A DNA stretch of 64,000 nucleotides from an uncultured Actinomycetes bacterium (GTDB lineage Bacteria; Actinomycetota; Thermoleophilia; UBA2241): assembly GCA_963755025.1 (NCBI GenBank), contig CAVWIH010000036.1:19956-83955 (forward strand), given 5' to 3'. Position 1 is the stretch's first letter. Each line of letters opens with the position of its first letter. Shown here in pieces: positions 51,475 through 63,651 of this stretch. A program made the position numbers and the translations under genes. The notes under the pieces were generated by a model, which saw only the letters and a list, made by a program, of their open reading frames with translations, was not told where the DNA came from and did no database searches.

Positions 51475-54102
51475 CTACGAGAGGCTGAGCAGCCGCGCGT
51501 CGAGCTCGGCGCGGTCGGCCAGGTAGCCGGCGAGCTTGGCGCGTTCCTTGTCGATGACCGGCTGCGGCGCCCGTTCGACGAAGCCCGTGTTCTCGAGCTT
51601 CGCCTGGGAGCGCGCGATCTCGGCCTCGAGCTTGGCGATCTGGCCGCGCAGGCGGGCGACCTCTTCGCCGCGGTCGACGGCCGGGGCGGCGACCTCGAAG
51701 CGCCCGCCGGGCGCCAGCACGACGGTGCCTTCGCCGTCGCCGGCCGCGCCGCCGACGGCGATGCGCGCCAGGGCGCGGAAGGCGTCGGCGAACGACTCGT
51801 AGAGGGCGCGCGTCGCGTCGGCGCCGTCGTCGGCCACGAAGGCCGCGCTCAGCACCTGTCCCGGCGGGATGTGCTGGTCGGCGCGGTAGGTGCGCAGGGC
51901 CTGCACGGCCGCCTGCAGCCGGTCGAGCGCCGCTTCGTCGTCGGGCCGCACGTCGGCGGCGGCGGTCACCGCGTAGACTCGCTCGAGCAGCGGGGTGGCG
52001 CCGTAGTGCGAGGCGATCTCCTCGGTCACGAAGGGCATGAACGGGTGCGCCAGGCGCACGACGCCGTCGAGCACGAACATGGCGTGGCCGGCGGCCGCGG
52101 CCCGCGTGGCTGCGTCGTCGCTGTAGAGGCGCGCCTTGAGGAGCTCGAGGTACCAGTCGCAGAACTCGTCCCAGACGAAGTGGTAGAGCTCGTCGACCGC
52201 CACCGAGAAGTTGCAGCCGGCGAGGGCTTCGCGCACCGCCGTCGTGGCGCGCGCCAGGCGGCTCGTGATCCAGCGGTCGACGAGGTCGTCGTCGGAGCGC
52301 ACCGCTGGGGCGCCGTCGGCCGCCAGCAGCACGAGCCGGCCGGCGTTCCACAGCTTGTTGGCGAAGTTGCGGCCCATGGCGACCTTCTCTTCAGAGAAGC
52401 GCACGTCTTGGCTGCTCGACATGAGCAGCAGGCCGAAGCGCGTGGCGTCGGCGCCGTACTTGTCGATCATCTCGAGGGGGTCGATGCCGTTGCCCTTGGA
52501 CTTGCTCATGCGACGCCCGTCGGCGGCCTGGATGACGGAGTGGATGTAGACCTCGTGGAAGGGCACGTCGCCGACGAACTCGAGGCCCATCATCACCATG
52601 CGCGCGACCCACAGGAAGATGATCTCGCGGGCCGTGCTCAGCAGGTTCGTCGGGTAGAAGTACTCGAGGTCGGCGTTGCGATCGGGCCAGCCCCAGGTGG
52701 CAAAGGGCCAGAGCGCCGAGCTGAACCAGGTGTCGAGCACGTCGGTCTCGCGGCGCAGGGTCGTGCCGCCGCACGCGGGGCAGGCCTGCGGCTCTTCTTC
52801 GGCGACGATGGTCTCGGAGCAGCCCTCGGCCTCGCAGTACCAGACCGGCAGCTGATGGCCCCACCACAGCTGGCGCGAGATGCACCACGGCCGCAGGTTC
52901 TCCATCCAGTCGATGTAGACCCGGCCCCAGCGCTCGGGCACGAAGCGCACGCGGCCGTCGCGCACGGCGTCGGTGGCCGGCGCCTTGAGCTCGTCCATGC
53001 GCATGAACCACTGCAGCGAGATGAGCGGCTCGATGTGGGTGCCGCAACGGTCGCAGGTGGCCACGCTGTGCGTGTAGTCGTCGACCTTCTCGAGCACGCC
53101 GGCCGCCCGCAGGTCGGCGACCACGCGGTCGCGGGCCTCGTCCAAGTCGAGGCCCGCGTAGGGGCCGCCCTCGGCGGTGATGCGGCCGTCGGGACCGATG
53201 GCCTGGATGGTGGCGAGGTCGTGGTCGTGGCCGATGTCGAAGTCGGTCAGGTCGTGGGCCGGCGTGATCTTGAGCGCGCCCGTGCCGAACTCGGGGTCGA
53301 CGCGCTCGTCGGCCACGATGGGCAGCTCGCGGCCGAGCAAGGGCAGGACCGCGGTGCGCCCGACGAGCGCGCCGTAGCGCTCGTCGCCGGGGTTCACGGC
53401 GATGGCCGTGTCGCCCAGCATGGTCTCGGGCCGGGTGGTGGCGATGGTGATGGCGCCGCCGCCCTGCAGCGCGTAGCGCACGTGATAGAGGTGGCCGGGC
53501 ACTTCGGCGTAGGCGACCTCGAGGTCGCTGATCGCCGTGCCGCAGCGCAGGCACCAGTTGACGATGTAGTGGTCCTTGTAGATGTAGCCCTTGGCGTAGA
53601 GCGCGACGAACACCTTGACCACCGCGCGCACGTACTGCTCGTCCAGGGTAAAGCGCTCGCGCTCGTAGTCGCAGGCGCAGCCCAGCCGCTTGAGCTGGCC
53701 GACGATGGTGCTGCCGTACTGCTCGCGCCAGGCCCAGACGAGCTTCACGAACTCGTCGCGACCCACGTCTTCTTTGCTGCGGCCCTCGGCGCGCAGCCGC
53801 TTTTCGACCACGTTCTGGGTGGCGATGCCGGCGTGGTCGGTGCCCAGCATCCAGCAGGCGTTGTCGCCCAGCATGCGGTGGTAGCGCGTCAGGGTGTCCT
53901 GCACCGAGTCGTTCAGGGCGTGACCCATGTGCAGCATGCCGGTCACGTTGGGCGGCGGTATGACGATCGAGTACGGCGGCCGCGACAGGTCGGGCTCGGC
54001 GTGGAACAGGTGCCGGTCGAGCCAGTGCGCCATCCAGTGGCTCTCGACCGGGCCCGGATCGAACCTGGTCGTAGCCTGCAAGTCTCTGGTCTGCTCGGTC
54101 AT
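51475..54102 (-). CDS. valS: Valine--tRNA ligase
   Basis: PPPNVTGMLHMGH, WCISRQLWWGH, DTWFSS, RMSKSKGN, C-terminal coiled coil. Confidence 0.98.
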   Translation of the reverse strand: MTEQTRDLQATTRFDPGPVESHWMAHWLDRHLFHAEPDLSRPPYSIVIPPPNVTGMLHMGHALNDSVQDTLTRYHRMLGDNACWMLGTDHAGIATQNVVEKRLRAEGRSKEDVGRDEFVKLVWAWREQYGSTIVGQLKRLGCACDYERERFTLDEQYVRAVVKVFVALYAKGYIYKDHYIVNWCLRCGTAISDLEVAYAEVPGHLYHVRYALQGGGAITIATTRPETMLGDTAIAVNPGDERYGALVGRTAVLPLLGRELPIVADERVDPEFGTGALKITPAHDLTDFDIGHDHDLATIQAIGPDGRITAEGGPYAGLDLDEARDRVVADLRAAGVLEKVDDYTHSVATCDRCGTHIEPLISLQWFMRMDELKAPATDAVRDGRVRFVPERWGRVYIDWMENLRPWCISRQLWWGHQLPVWYCEAEGCSETIVAEEEPQACPACGGTTLRRETDVLDTWFSSALWPFATWGWPDRNADLEYFYPTNLLSTAREIIFLWVARMVMMGLEFVGDVPFHEVYIHSVIQAADGRRMSKSKGNGIDPLEMIDKYGADATRFGLLLMSSSQDVRFSEEKVAMGRNFANKLWNAGRLVLLAADGAPAVRSDDDLVDRWITSRLARATTAVREALAGCNFSVAVDELYHFVWDEFCDWYLELLKARLYSDDAATRAAAAGHAMFVLDGVVRLAHPFMPFVTEEIASHYGATPLLERVYAVTAAADVRPDDEAALDRLQAAVQALRTYRADQHIPPGQVLSAAFVADDGADATRALYESFADAFRALARIAVGGAAGDGEGTVVLAPGGRFEVAAPAVDRGEEVARLRGQIAKLEAEIARSQAKLENTGFVERAPQPVIDKERAKLAGYLADRAELDARLLSLS

Positions 54103-54211
54103 GGGGTTCTCGCCTAGAGTCGCTTGATTCGTGCAGGGCATCGGGCGCTCGCACCGGCCGGACGCGCCGAGACAGTATACCCGCAGCCCCCGCACCGTGA
54201 CGGCGCGACGC

Positions 54212-54327
54212 ACGGAGCGCGGCGGCGCACGGAGCGGCGCGGCGCGAGGAGCGTCGCGGGCACGGAGCGGCGCGGCCAACGGAGCGGCGCGGCCAACGGA
54301 GCGGCGCGGCCAACGGAGCGGCGCGGG
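54212..54327. repeat. 17-bp tandem repeat (~7 copies, 3 perfect)
   Basis: ACGGAGCGGCGCGGCCA at 54262, 54279 and 54296, partial at 54313, degenerate at 54212, 54229 and 54246. Confidence 0.88.
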
Positions 54328-54339
54328 TCCACGGCGACC

Positions 54340-54374
54340 AAAAAAAGGCGGGGCGGCTGACGCCGCCCCGCCTT
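54340..54374 (-). terminator. Intrinsic terminator of clpX
   Basis: GC stem, 4-nt loop, T7 on the minus strand. Confidence 0.88.
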
Positions 54375-54417
54375 CTGTGCGGGTGCCTGTCGTTGCGCCG
54401 CCCGGAGCGGCCGCGCC

Positions 54418-55689
<1,272 letters not shown>

Positions 55690-55700
55690 TAGAGAACCTC

Positions 55701-56285
<585 letters not shown>

Positions 56286-56319
56286 TTCTCGATCCTCTCC
56301 TTTCGGTGCCCGGCCCGCG

Positions 56320-57780
56320 CTACTCTACCGGGGCATCGCTGCTGCTCTTTTTCGGACGCCGTTTGGGCGCCGAGGCCTTGGCGGCCGTCTTGCCGCTCTT
56401 GCCGGCCTTGCCGGCTTCGCTTTCGGCCTGTGCGGCCGCTTCGTCGCTTGTCGCGTCGGCGTCGCCGGGCTCGCTCGCGGCGGGCGCAGGGCTCACCGGT
56501 GTGGCGTGCTCGACCAGAAAGTCGATCGTCTTGGCGATGACCAATTCGTCGCGCAGCATGTTTTGCCTGCCGGAGGCGTAGACGTCGAGCACGAGCTGGT
56601 TGGGGTCGCGCTGCAACGCCTCGGCGTCTTCCATTATGCGCGCCCGCAGCTCGTCGTCGGAGACTTCGATCTTTTCGGCGTCGCGCACGGCAGCGAGGAT
56701 GAGGCCGCGGGTGACCTCGGATTCGGCCCGCGGACGCAGGTCGGCCTCGGTCTCGGCCTCGGTCTTGCCGAGCGCCTCGAGGTACTGCGCCATCTCGAGA
56801 CCGCGTTCGCCGACGGCCGACTCGAGCTCGTGGTAGAGCGCGTGCGCCTGCCGATCGATCATGCCCGAGGGCACCTTGACGGTGGCGTTGGCGACGACCG
56901 CTTCGATGACGCGGTTACGATAGTCGCGCTCGACGGCCTCTTCGCGCGCCGCCTGCAGGCGGGTGCGCATGTCGTCGCGCAGCGCCGCCAGCGTGTCGAA
57001 CTCGCTCGCCTGCGAGGCGAACTCGTCGTCGAGCGGCGGCACGACCTTCTCTTTGATCTCTTTCATGGTCACGGTGAAGGTGACGGTCTTGCTCTGCAGG
57101 TCTTCGGCCTGGTAGTCGGCCGGGAACTCGAGGTCGAACGCCGTCGTGTCGCCTGCCGCCATGCCTTCGAGGTGGTCTTCGAAGCCGGGAATGAGGTTGC
57201 CCTGGCCGATCTCGAGCATGTAGTCGTCGGCGCGCGCGCCCTCGAGCGGCGCGTCGTCGAGCGTGCCGGCGAAGTCGATCTGCGCGTAGTCGCCCTTGGC
57301 CGCCGGGCGGCCTTCGACCGGCTTTAAGCTGGCGAAGCGCTCCTGGAGCATGGCGAGCTGGGCGTCGACCTGGGCGTCGGTCACCTCAGCCGTGTCTTTG
57401 ACGACCTCGAGACCGGTGTACTGGCCGAGCACGGGCTCGGGCCGCACCTGCACCTTGGCGGTAAAGGAGAACGGCTCCTTGCCGGTGAAGTCGCCGAGGT
57501 CGATCTCGGGGGTGGACACCGGGTCGAGCTCGGCTTTGTCGACCGCGTTTTCGTACCACTCGGGCAGGAACTCGTTGAGGGTCTCGCTCAGGATGTAGTC
57601 CTCGCCGAGACGGCTCAGCACGATCTGCCGCGGCACCTTGCCCTTGCGAAAGCCGGGGATGGTCGTCTCTTTCGAAAGGCGGATGATGGTGCGCTCGATC
57701 TTGGACTCGACATCGTCGCGCGCTACCTCGACCGCGAGCTCGACCTCGTTCTCTGCAACCGGCTTGACCTCTGTCTTCAC
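56320..57780 (-). CDS. tig: Trigger factor
   Basis: [21 protein letters not shown]; precedes clpPX. Confidence 0.96.
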   Translation of the reverse strand: MKTEVKPVAENEVELAVEVARDDVESKIERTIIRLSKETTIPGFRKGKVPRQIVLSRLGEDYILSETLNEFLPEWYENAVDKAELDPVSTPEIDLGDFTGKEPFSFTAKVQVRPEPVLGQYTGLEVVKDTAEVTDAQVDAQLAMLQERFASLKPVEGRPAAKGDYAQIDFAGTLDDAPLEGARADDYMLEIGQGNLIPGFEDHLEGMAAGDTTAFDLEFPADYQAEDLQSKTVTFTVTMKEIKEKVVPPLDDEFASQASEFDTLAALRDDMRTRLQAAREEAVERDYRNRVIEAVVANATVKVPSGMIDRQAHALYHELESAVGERGLEMAQYLEALGKTEAETEADLRPRAESEVTRGLILAAVRDAEKIEVSDDELRARIMEDAEALQRDPNQLVLDVYASGRQNMLRDELVIAKTIDFLVEHATPVSPAPAASEPGDADATSDEAAAQAESEAGKAGKSGKTAAKASAPKRRPKKSSSDAPVE

Positions 57781-57871
57781 TTTAGAGTCTCCGTCTGTCT
57801 TCGGTTATTGCCCCCGCTCCATGAGCCGCGAACCCCGTTCGGGGCTCCCGGGCGCGTGGGGCTGAAGCGAC

Positions 57872-57956
57872 TGGTGCGGGTGAGAGGACTTGAACCTCCA
57901 CGGGCAAGCCCACCAGATCCTAAGTCTAGCGCGTCTACCAGTTCCGCCACACCCGC
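57872..57956 (-). tRNA. tRNA-Leu (TAG)
   Basis: Cloverleaf with long variable arm, anticodon loop CTTAGGA, encoded CCA. Confidence 0.95.
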
Positions 57957-57979
57957 AGGCGTTGTCGGCGAGGAGGTGC

Positions 57980-58056
57980 TGGGGTGAGGGACGGGATTCG
58001 AACCCGCGGCCGCCAGGGCCACAACCTGGAGCTCTACCAGCTGAGCTACCCCCACC
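57980..58056 (-). tRNA. tRNA-His (GTG)
   Basis: G-1, anticodon loop TTGTGGC, TTCGAAT loop, CCA. Confidence 0.95.
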
Positions 58057-58261
58057 ACGTGTTGTCCGCTGACGCTGTGGCGCCCGCTCCCCAAGGAAGC
58101 GGCGTGTAAGAATAGCACGTCGGCGGGACGAACGTCATGGCGGGCGCGAGGCTGACCGCGTGCCCCGCGACGAGGCGCCACGGTGCGCCCGCGACCCGCG
58201 AGCCGGCGGCGCCGCGGGGCGCATGCCCGGCGACCCGAGTCGGTCACGACAGGAGGCGACG

Positions 58262-58483
58262 ATGTCTCAGTGGAGCGACGAAGAACTGGCCAAGATGGCC
58301 GAGAGCCGCGCGCAAGCCGAGGCGCTGGCGAGCGCCTGGAAGGTCGGCGACATGACCGACACCCCTTACGGTCCGGCGAGGCTGGTCGAAGAGGAGTTCG
58401 GCGGCTTTCTCGTCGCGCCGGTCGACGGCGGCGCGCCCTTCCGCATGGAGAACGACATGCTGCGCAGGCCGGCGGCCGGCTGA
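58262..58483 (+). CDS. 73-aa hypothetical protein
   Basis: AGGAGG RBS; MSQWSDEELAKMAES..WKVGDMTDTPYGPARLV; host-like codon usage. Confidence 0.7.
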   Translation: MSQWSDEELAKMAESRAQAEALASAWKVGDMTDTPYGPARLVEEEFGGFLVAPVDGGAPFRMENDMLRRPAAG

Positions 58484-58534
58484 GCGGCGGCAAGCGCTGC
58501 CGCCACCGCCCGCCCATCCTTCAAGGAGAACCCC

Positions 58535-60496
58535 ATGAGTGAGCCCCAGCGCCCGATCGACACCGCGCTCTTCGACGCGGCGGTCGCGGCATCCGACGAT
58601 TTCTACCGCCACGTGAACGGCGGCTGGCTCGACGCCAACCCGGTCCCGCCCGAGTACGGCGCCTGGGGCGCTCCGCAGATCGTCAATGCGCGCAACCAGG
58701 AGGTGCTGCACCAGCTGCTCGACGACGCCGCGGCGCGCGCCGACCCGCGCGGTTCGGCGGGCCAGCTGGTGGGCGACTACTTCGCCGCCGCCATGGACGA
58801 GGCGGCGATCGCCGCCGCCGGGGCGCAACCCATCGCGCCGTACCTGGCGCGTATCGACGGCGCCGCGTCGGTCGCCGACGTGCGCGACATCGTGCGCGAC
58901 CTGCAGCGCTGCGGAGGGGCCCCGCTGCACTCGCTGGGCATCGCGCCCGACTTCGAGGACTCCAACGCCTACCTGGTCTACGTGGGCCAGGGCGGCCTCG
59001 GACTGCCCGAGCGCGACTACTACACGCGCGACGACGAGCAGTCGGCGGCGCTGCGCCGGCAGTACGTCGCCCACGTCGCCAACCAGCTCGGCAACCTCGG
59101 GTACGCCACGCAGCGTGCGCAGCAGGCCGCCGAGGCCATCCTCGCCTTCGAGACGCGCCTGGCCGAGCCGTCGTACACGGCCGAGCAGGAGCGCGACGTG
59201 CAGCTCACGCTGAACCGCTACGACGTCACCGCGTTAGACGAGCTCATGCCGGCCTTCGGGCTGAGCACGTACGTCGGCGAGCTCGGCGTCACCTCGGCCA
59301 CGGTCAGCGTCGACAACCCCGGCTTCTTCACGGCGCTCGACGGCACCCTCGCCGACACCCCCCTGGAGACGCTGCAGGACTACCTGCGCTGGCAGGTGGT
59401 CAGGGCGTACGCGGCGGCTCTCGCGCCCGCCTTCGAAGACGAGGCCTTCGACTTTTATGCGCGCACACTCGGCGGCCAGCAAGACAAGCAGCCGCGCTGG
59501 AAGCGCGTGCTGAACGCCGCCTCCGCCGACGTCGGCGAGCTGGTGGCGCAGCTCTACGTCGAGGCGGCGTTCTCCGCGCAGGCCAAGCGGCGCTGCGAGG
59601 AGATGGTCGACCATCTCCTGGCGGCGATGGGCCGCGCCATCCGCGGCGTCGAGTGGATGACCGACGCCACCCGCGCCGAAGCCCTGCGCAAGCTCGACGG
59701 TTTTCACTACAAGATCGGCTTTCCGGACGAGTGGCGCGACTACACCGGTCTCGTCATCGAGCGCGGCTCCTACGCCGAGAACCGCATGCGCTGCGAGGCG
59801 TTCGAGTACGACCGGCAGATGGGCCGCCTGGCCGAGCCGGTCGACAGACGCGAGTGGGCGATGCCGGCGCACACGGTCAACGCCTACTACCACCCGCTGC
59901 TCAACGAGATCGTCTTCCCCGCCGGCATCCTGCAGCCGCCGTTCTTTTACGCCGACGCCGACGACGCGGTGAACTACGGCGCCATCGGCGCGGTCATAGG
60001 GCACGAGATCACGCACGGGTTCGACGACCAGGGCAGCCACTTCGACGCCGACGGCCAGCTGCGTGAGTGGTGGACCGAAGCCGACCGCACCGAGTTCCTG
60101 CGGCGCGCCGAGGTGCTCGTGGAGCAGTTCGACGAGTACGCCGTCGCCGGCGACCTGCACGTCAACGGCCACCTCACACTGGGCGAGAACATCGCCGACT
60201 TCGGCGGCCTGAAGATCGCCCACGACGCGCTGCGCGAGGCGCTCGAGGGCACAACGCGCGAGGCAATCGACGGCTTCAGCCCCGAACAACGCTTCTTTCT
60301 GTCGTGGGCGACGGTGTGGCGCACGAGCTACACCGCCGAATACCTGCGGCTGATCGTCACGACCGACCCCCACTCCCCCTGCCGCGAGCGCGTCAACGGC
60401 CCGCTCGCCAACCTGCCGGCGTTCGCCGCCGCGTTCGCCCTCGACGGCGCCTCGCCCATGGTGCGCGGCGAAGCCGAGCGGGCGCGCATCTGGTAG
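58535..60496 (+). CDS. M13-family zinc metallopeptidase (PepO/Zmp1-like)
   Basis: VNAYY, FPAGILQPPF, GHEITHGFDD (HExxH), GENIAD, DPHSP. Confidence 0.95.
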   Translation: MSEPQRPIDTALFDAAVAASDDFYRHVNGGWLDANPVPPEYGAWGAPQIVNARNQEVLHQLLDDAAARADPRGSAGQLVGDYFAAAMDEAAIAAAGAQPIAPYLARIDGAASVADVRDIVRDLQRCGGAPLHSLGIAPDFEDSNAYLVYVGQGGLGLPERDYYTRDDEQSAALRRQYVAHVANQLGNLGYATQRAQQAAEAILAFETRLAEPSYTAEQERDVQLTLNRYDVTALDELMPAFGLSTYVGELGVTSATVSVDNPGFFTALDGTLADTPLETLQDYLRWQVVRAYAAALAPAFEDEAFDFYARTLGGQQDKQPRWKRVLNAASADVGELVAQLYVEAAFSAQAKRRCEEMVDHLLAAMGRAIRGVEWMTDATRAEALRKLDGFHYKIGFPDEWRDYTGLVIERGSYAENRMRCEAFEYDRQMGRLAEPVDRREWAMPAHTVNAYYHPLLNEIVFPAGILQPPFFYADADDAVNYGAIGAVIGHEITHGFDDQGSHFDADGQLREWWTEADRTEFLRRAEVLVEQFDEYAVAGDLHVNGHLTLGENIADFGGLKIAHDALREALEGTTREAIDGFSPEQRFFLSWATVWRTSYTAEYLRLIVTTDPHSPCRERVNGPLANLPAFAAAFALDGASPMVRGEAERARIW

Positions 60497-60543
60497 GCGC
60501 GGGGCCGGCCGCGGTGCGGCTGGTCTGGTCCTCGAAGGTATCG

Positions 60544-61426
60544 CTAGCGGCGGCGATACCACTTCGCGGCGCTGCTGCCGCCGGCGGTCGTCACTCGCAC
60601 CTTGACGCTGCCCTTGGGCGTTCCCGCAGGGACCTTGACCTCGATCTTCGTGGCGGACCAGCGCACGTACTTCGAGACCTTCTTGGCGCCGAAGGTCACG
60701 ACGCCGGCGCCGCGGGCGGCGCCGAACTCCCTGCCGGTGAGCGTCACCACGCTGCCGACGAGGCCGGCGGTGGGCGATACCTTGAGCAGGACAGGCTTGG
60801 GCGCCACGGTGAACACGACGCTGAGCGTGTGGTCGGCAGAGACGGCCGGGAAGGTGCACCTGTCGGCGCCGGTCAGGCTCACCCGGCCGCCGTCGACGCT
60901 CACCGTGCCGACCTGATAGCCGGCGGCCGGGGCGAAGGTGAAGGTCGGCGTGGCGCCGTAGCTCGCCGTCTGCGGGGCGCCCGGGCTGATGGTGCCCTTG
61001 CCGGCGGCGACCGAGGGCGTGATCGTCGGCGGCGAGACGACGTAGGCCGCACCCTGGATGCCGTTGTGGCCCCACGCGCCGATCAGGGCGGTCTCGCCGT
61101 CGAGGGCGACCGACCAGCCGAACCAGTCGTTCGCCGCGCCGTCGCCGGCGGTCAGTGCTCCACCCTGTTGGCGCCAGGTCGTGCCCGAGCGCGTGAAGAC
61201 GTAGGCGCCGCCCTGGTCGCCGCTCTGCGGGAACTCCCCGACCAGGCCGGTGTTGCCCGAAAGGGCGACGGACCAGCCGAGCATGTCCATGGCGGCGCCG
61301 TCGGCGGCGGTCAGCGCCTGGCCCTGCTGGGCCCACCCCGCGCCCGAGCGCGTGAAAGCGTAGGTGGCGCCCTGGTTAGAGTGGCCGGTGACGGTCTTGC
61401 CGGGCGCCCCGATCAGGGCGGTGTCG
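60544..61426 (-). pseudogene. 5'-truncated FG-GAP repeat / repeat domain / IPT-TIG surface-protein remnant
   Basis: FG-GAP repeats (DTALIGAP, GWSVAL, GAAY), then GSVVTLTGREFG..WSATKIEVKVP; starts mid-repeat with no signal peptide. Confidence 0.7.
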
Positions 61427-61513
61427 CAGTAGAGACCTCGGGGGGGGCGCTTCGGGAGCGCCGGTAGTCAGGAGACCGCGCGGCGATCCGGTGGGCGGTC
61501 GGCCGGCGGAGCG

Positions 61514-61900
61514 CTACCCGATACCGATCCGCCCGAGCGCCGCCAACGCCTCGGCCTTCGAGGAGTGGATGGTGAGGATGCAGTCGAGCGACGAGATGGT
61601 CAGGACCCTGAGGACGTGCTCGTGAGGTACGACGACGTGCAGCGCTGAGGGCCCTTTGCGACAGGCCCCGACGAAGACAGTGAGCCCGGTCGAGTCGATG
61701 AACGGGCATTTGCTGAGGTCCACCACGATCTGGGCGGTATTGAGCGAGAGCGCGTCGTCGACACATCTGCGGAACTGTTCGCCGGTCGCCATGTCGATCT
61801 CGCCCTCGACCGTCACGACAGCGCTGTCATCGCCGACGAGGTGGACGAAGCACCTGAACTCGTTCACGCGACGCTTCTCCGCTCTCTGCGCACCTGTCAT
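61514..61900 (-). CDS. STAS-domain anti-sigma factor antagonist
   Basis: VEGEIDMAT, VVDLS..FIDSTGL, RVLTI.SLD. Confidence 0.88.
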   Translation of the reverse strand: MTGAQRAEKRRVNEFRCFVHLVGDDSAVVTVEGEIDMATGEQFRRCVDDALSLNTAQIVVDLSKCPFIDSTGLTVFVGACRKGPSALHVVVPHEHVLRVLTISSLDCILTIHSSKAEALAALGRIGIG

Positions 61901-62041
61901 GTCCCCTGTTGCGTGGCATACCACGCAACTGACGCATGCCTAGGCGCTGCCCTGAGCCCGTCGCAGGTCTACCCGCCGCGCGATCCGGCGCGAGGGTGCG
62001 GCCGACGCCGCGTTGCGCTCGTAAGGCGCCTCGGAAGGGTG

Positions 62042-62118
<77 letters not shown>

Positions 62119-62148
62119 ACGCGCGGCGGCGGGAACGACCAGGAAAGG

Positions 62149-62225
62149 TGGAGCGGGAGACGGGTCTCGAACCCGCGACATTCAGCTTGGAAGGCTGACG
62201 CTCTAGCCAACTGAGCTACTCCCGC
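62149..62225 (-). tRNA. tRNA-Gly (TCC)
   Basis: Anticodon loop CTTCCAA, cloverleaf, CCA. Confidence 0.95.
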
Positions 62226-62307
62226 TCGATTCATGCTCCGGTCCGAGCGGCTTTTGGCAGGCGCGACTCCGTTGCCCGCCGGTCTCCGCCCGCACGCGGT
62301 GACGAGC

Positions 62308-62384
62308 TGGTCGGGACGGGCGGATTCGAACCGCCGGCCCCCTGCTCCCAAAGCAGGTGCGCTACCAGGCTGCGCCACGTCCCG
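62308..62384 (-). tRNA. tRNA-Pro (TGG)
   Basis: Anticodon loop TTTGGGA, cloverleaf, CCA; extended -10 TGATATACT at 62406-62398. Confidence 0.95.
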
Positions 62385-62564
62385 CGCTTGCGGCGGAGTA
62401 TATCACCGACCCGAACAGGCTCTCGGTGCGGCCCTTTCGGGCGGACGCGTCGCGAGATCGCCGTGCGATCCACGAACGAAGGGCGACGTGGCAACGGTGC
62501 GTCGCCCGCGTTACGGCCGCCTGGCAGGGGCGCGACGGCGGCGCGCCGAAGTCTGCGCCAGCTC

Positions 62565-63542
62565 ATGGATGCCACCGTCACCTCGTACAAGAACGGGCGG
62601 CGGGTCGCCGAGCCTCTGGCGCTCTCGCAGGCGCTGGCGGTCTCGCGACTGCCGGACACCTTTGTGTGGATCGACCTGCCGCACCCCCACGAGGACGTGC
62701 TGGAGTCGCTGCAGGCCGACTTTGGCCTGCACCCGCTGGCCGTCGAAGACGCGGTGCACGCCCGACAGCGCCCCAAGATCGAACAGTACGAGGGCTTCTT
62801 CGCCCTGGTCGCCTACACGGCGGCGGTGGCCGGCGAGCGCATAGAGCTGCGCGAGTCACGGCGTACATAGCGCGCGACTTCGCCATCACCGTGCGCCACG
62901 AAGAGGCCGACGACCTGGGAGAGCTGCGCAACCGCCTCGACCACGCCCAGCAGGAGCTCATTCACTACGCGGGCGGCTTCTTTGGCTACGCCTTGCTCGA
63001 CCACGTGGTCGACGGCTACTTTGTGGCGGTCGACGAGCTGCAGGACCGGGTGGAGACGCTCGAAGAGCGACTGGTGTACGGCCCGCAGGCCTCGACCGGC
63101 ACCGGACTCGAAGAAGCCTTTGAGGCGCGACGCGACGTCATTTTGTTTCGGCGCGCGGTGGCTCCGCTGCGCGAGGTGCTGAACGTGCTCATGCGCCGCG
63201 ACGAAGCCGTGCTGGCCGCCGAGCTCGACGACTACGTGCGCGACCTCTACGACCACGTGGTGCGCATAGCCGAAGACCTGGACACGGCGCACGACCTGAT
63301 CTCGGCGGCGCTCGAGGCGCACCTGTCGGTGGTCTCGAACTCGATGAACGAGGTAGTGCTGAAGGTGAGCGCCTGGGCGGCCATCATTGCCCTGCCCACG
63401 GTGATCGCCAGCATTTACGGCATGAACTTTGTGCGCATGCCGGAGCTGGGACTGGCACTTTGGCTACCCCTACGCCCTGGGCCTGATGCTGGCCAGCGCC
63501 GTTGCCCTGTACGCGTCGTTCAAGCGCCGCCACTGGCTCTGA
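62565..63542 (+). CDS. corA: CorA-family Mg/Co transporter (apparent indels ~62855 and ~63450)
   Basis: WIDL, FGLHPLAVED, QRPKIE.Y, DLYDH, PTVIASIYGMNF signature. Confidence 0.9.
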
Positions 63543-63651
63543 CAGGAAGGGCGGCGCGGCCGGAGCGGCGAGGCGAACGGTGTGCGGAGCCGGGCGGGTG
63601 ACCTTTGTGATGCCGCGCCCTTCTGGCGTGAGACGGACCGGTGCCCCGGGC

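Noticed and set aside
54103-54175. T-box riboswitch upstream of valS
   Set aside because: The leader is only ~65 nt and has no T-box (UGGNACC) antiterminator motif.
54212-54327. Possible CRISPR array
   Set aside because: The 17-bp units are contiguous with no unique spacers, and no cas genes are present.
57828-57841. LexA-like box upstream of tig (cgaaccccgttcg)
   Set aside because: The spacer is 3 nt rather than 4, and the sequence is better explained as part of a hairpin after tRNA-Leu.
58057-62041. Prophage or integrative element at the tRNA cluster
   Set aside because: No integrase, phage or conjugation genes and no visible att repeat; kept only as an accessory islet.
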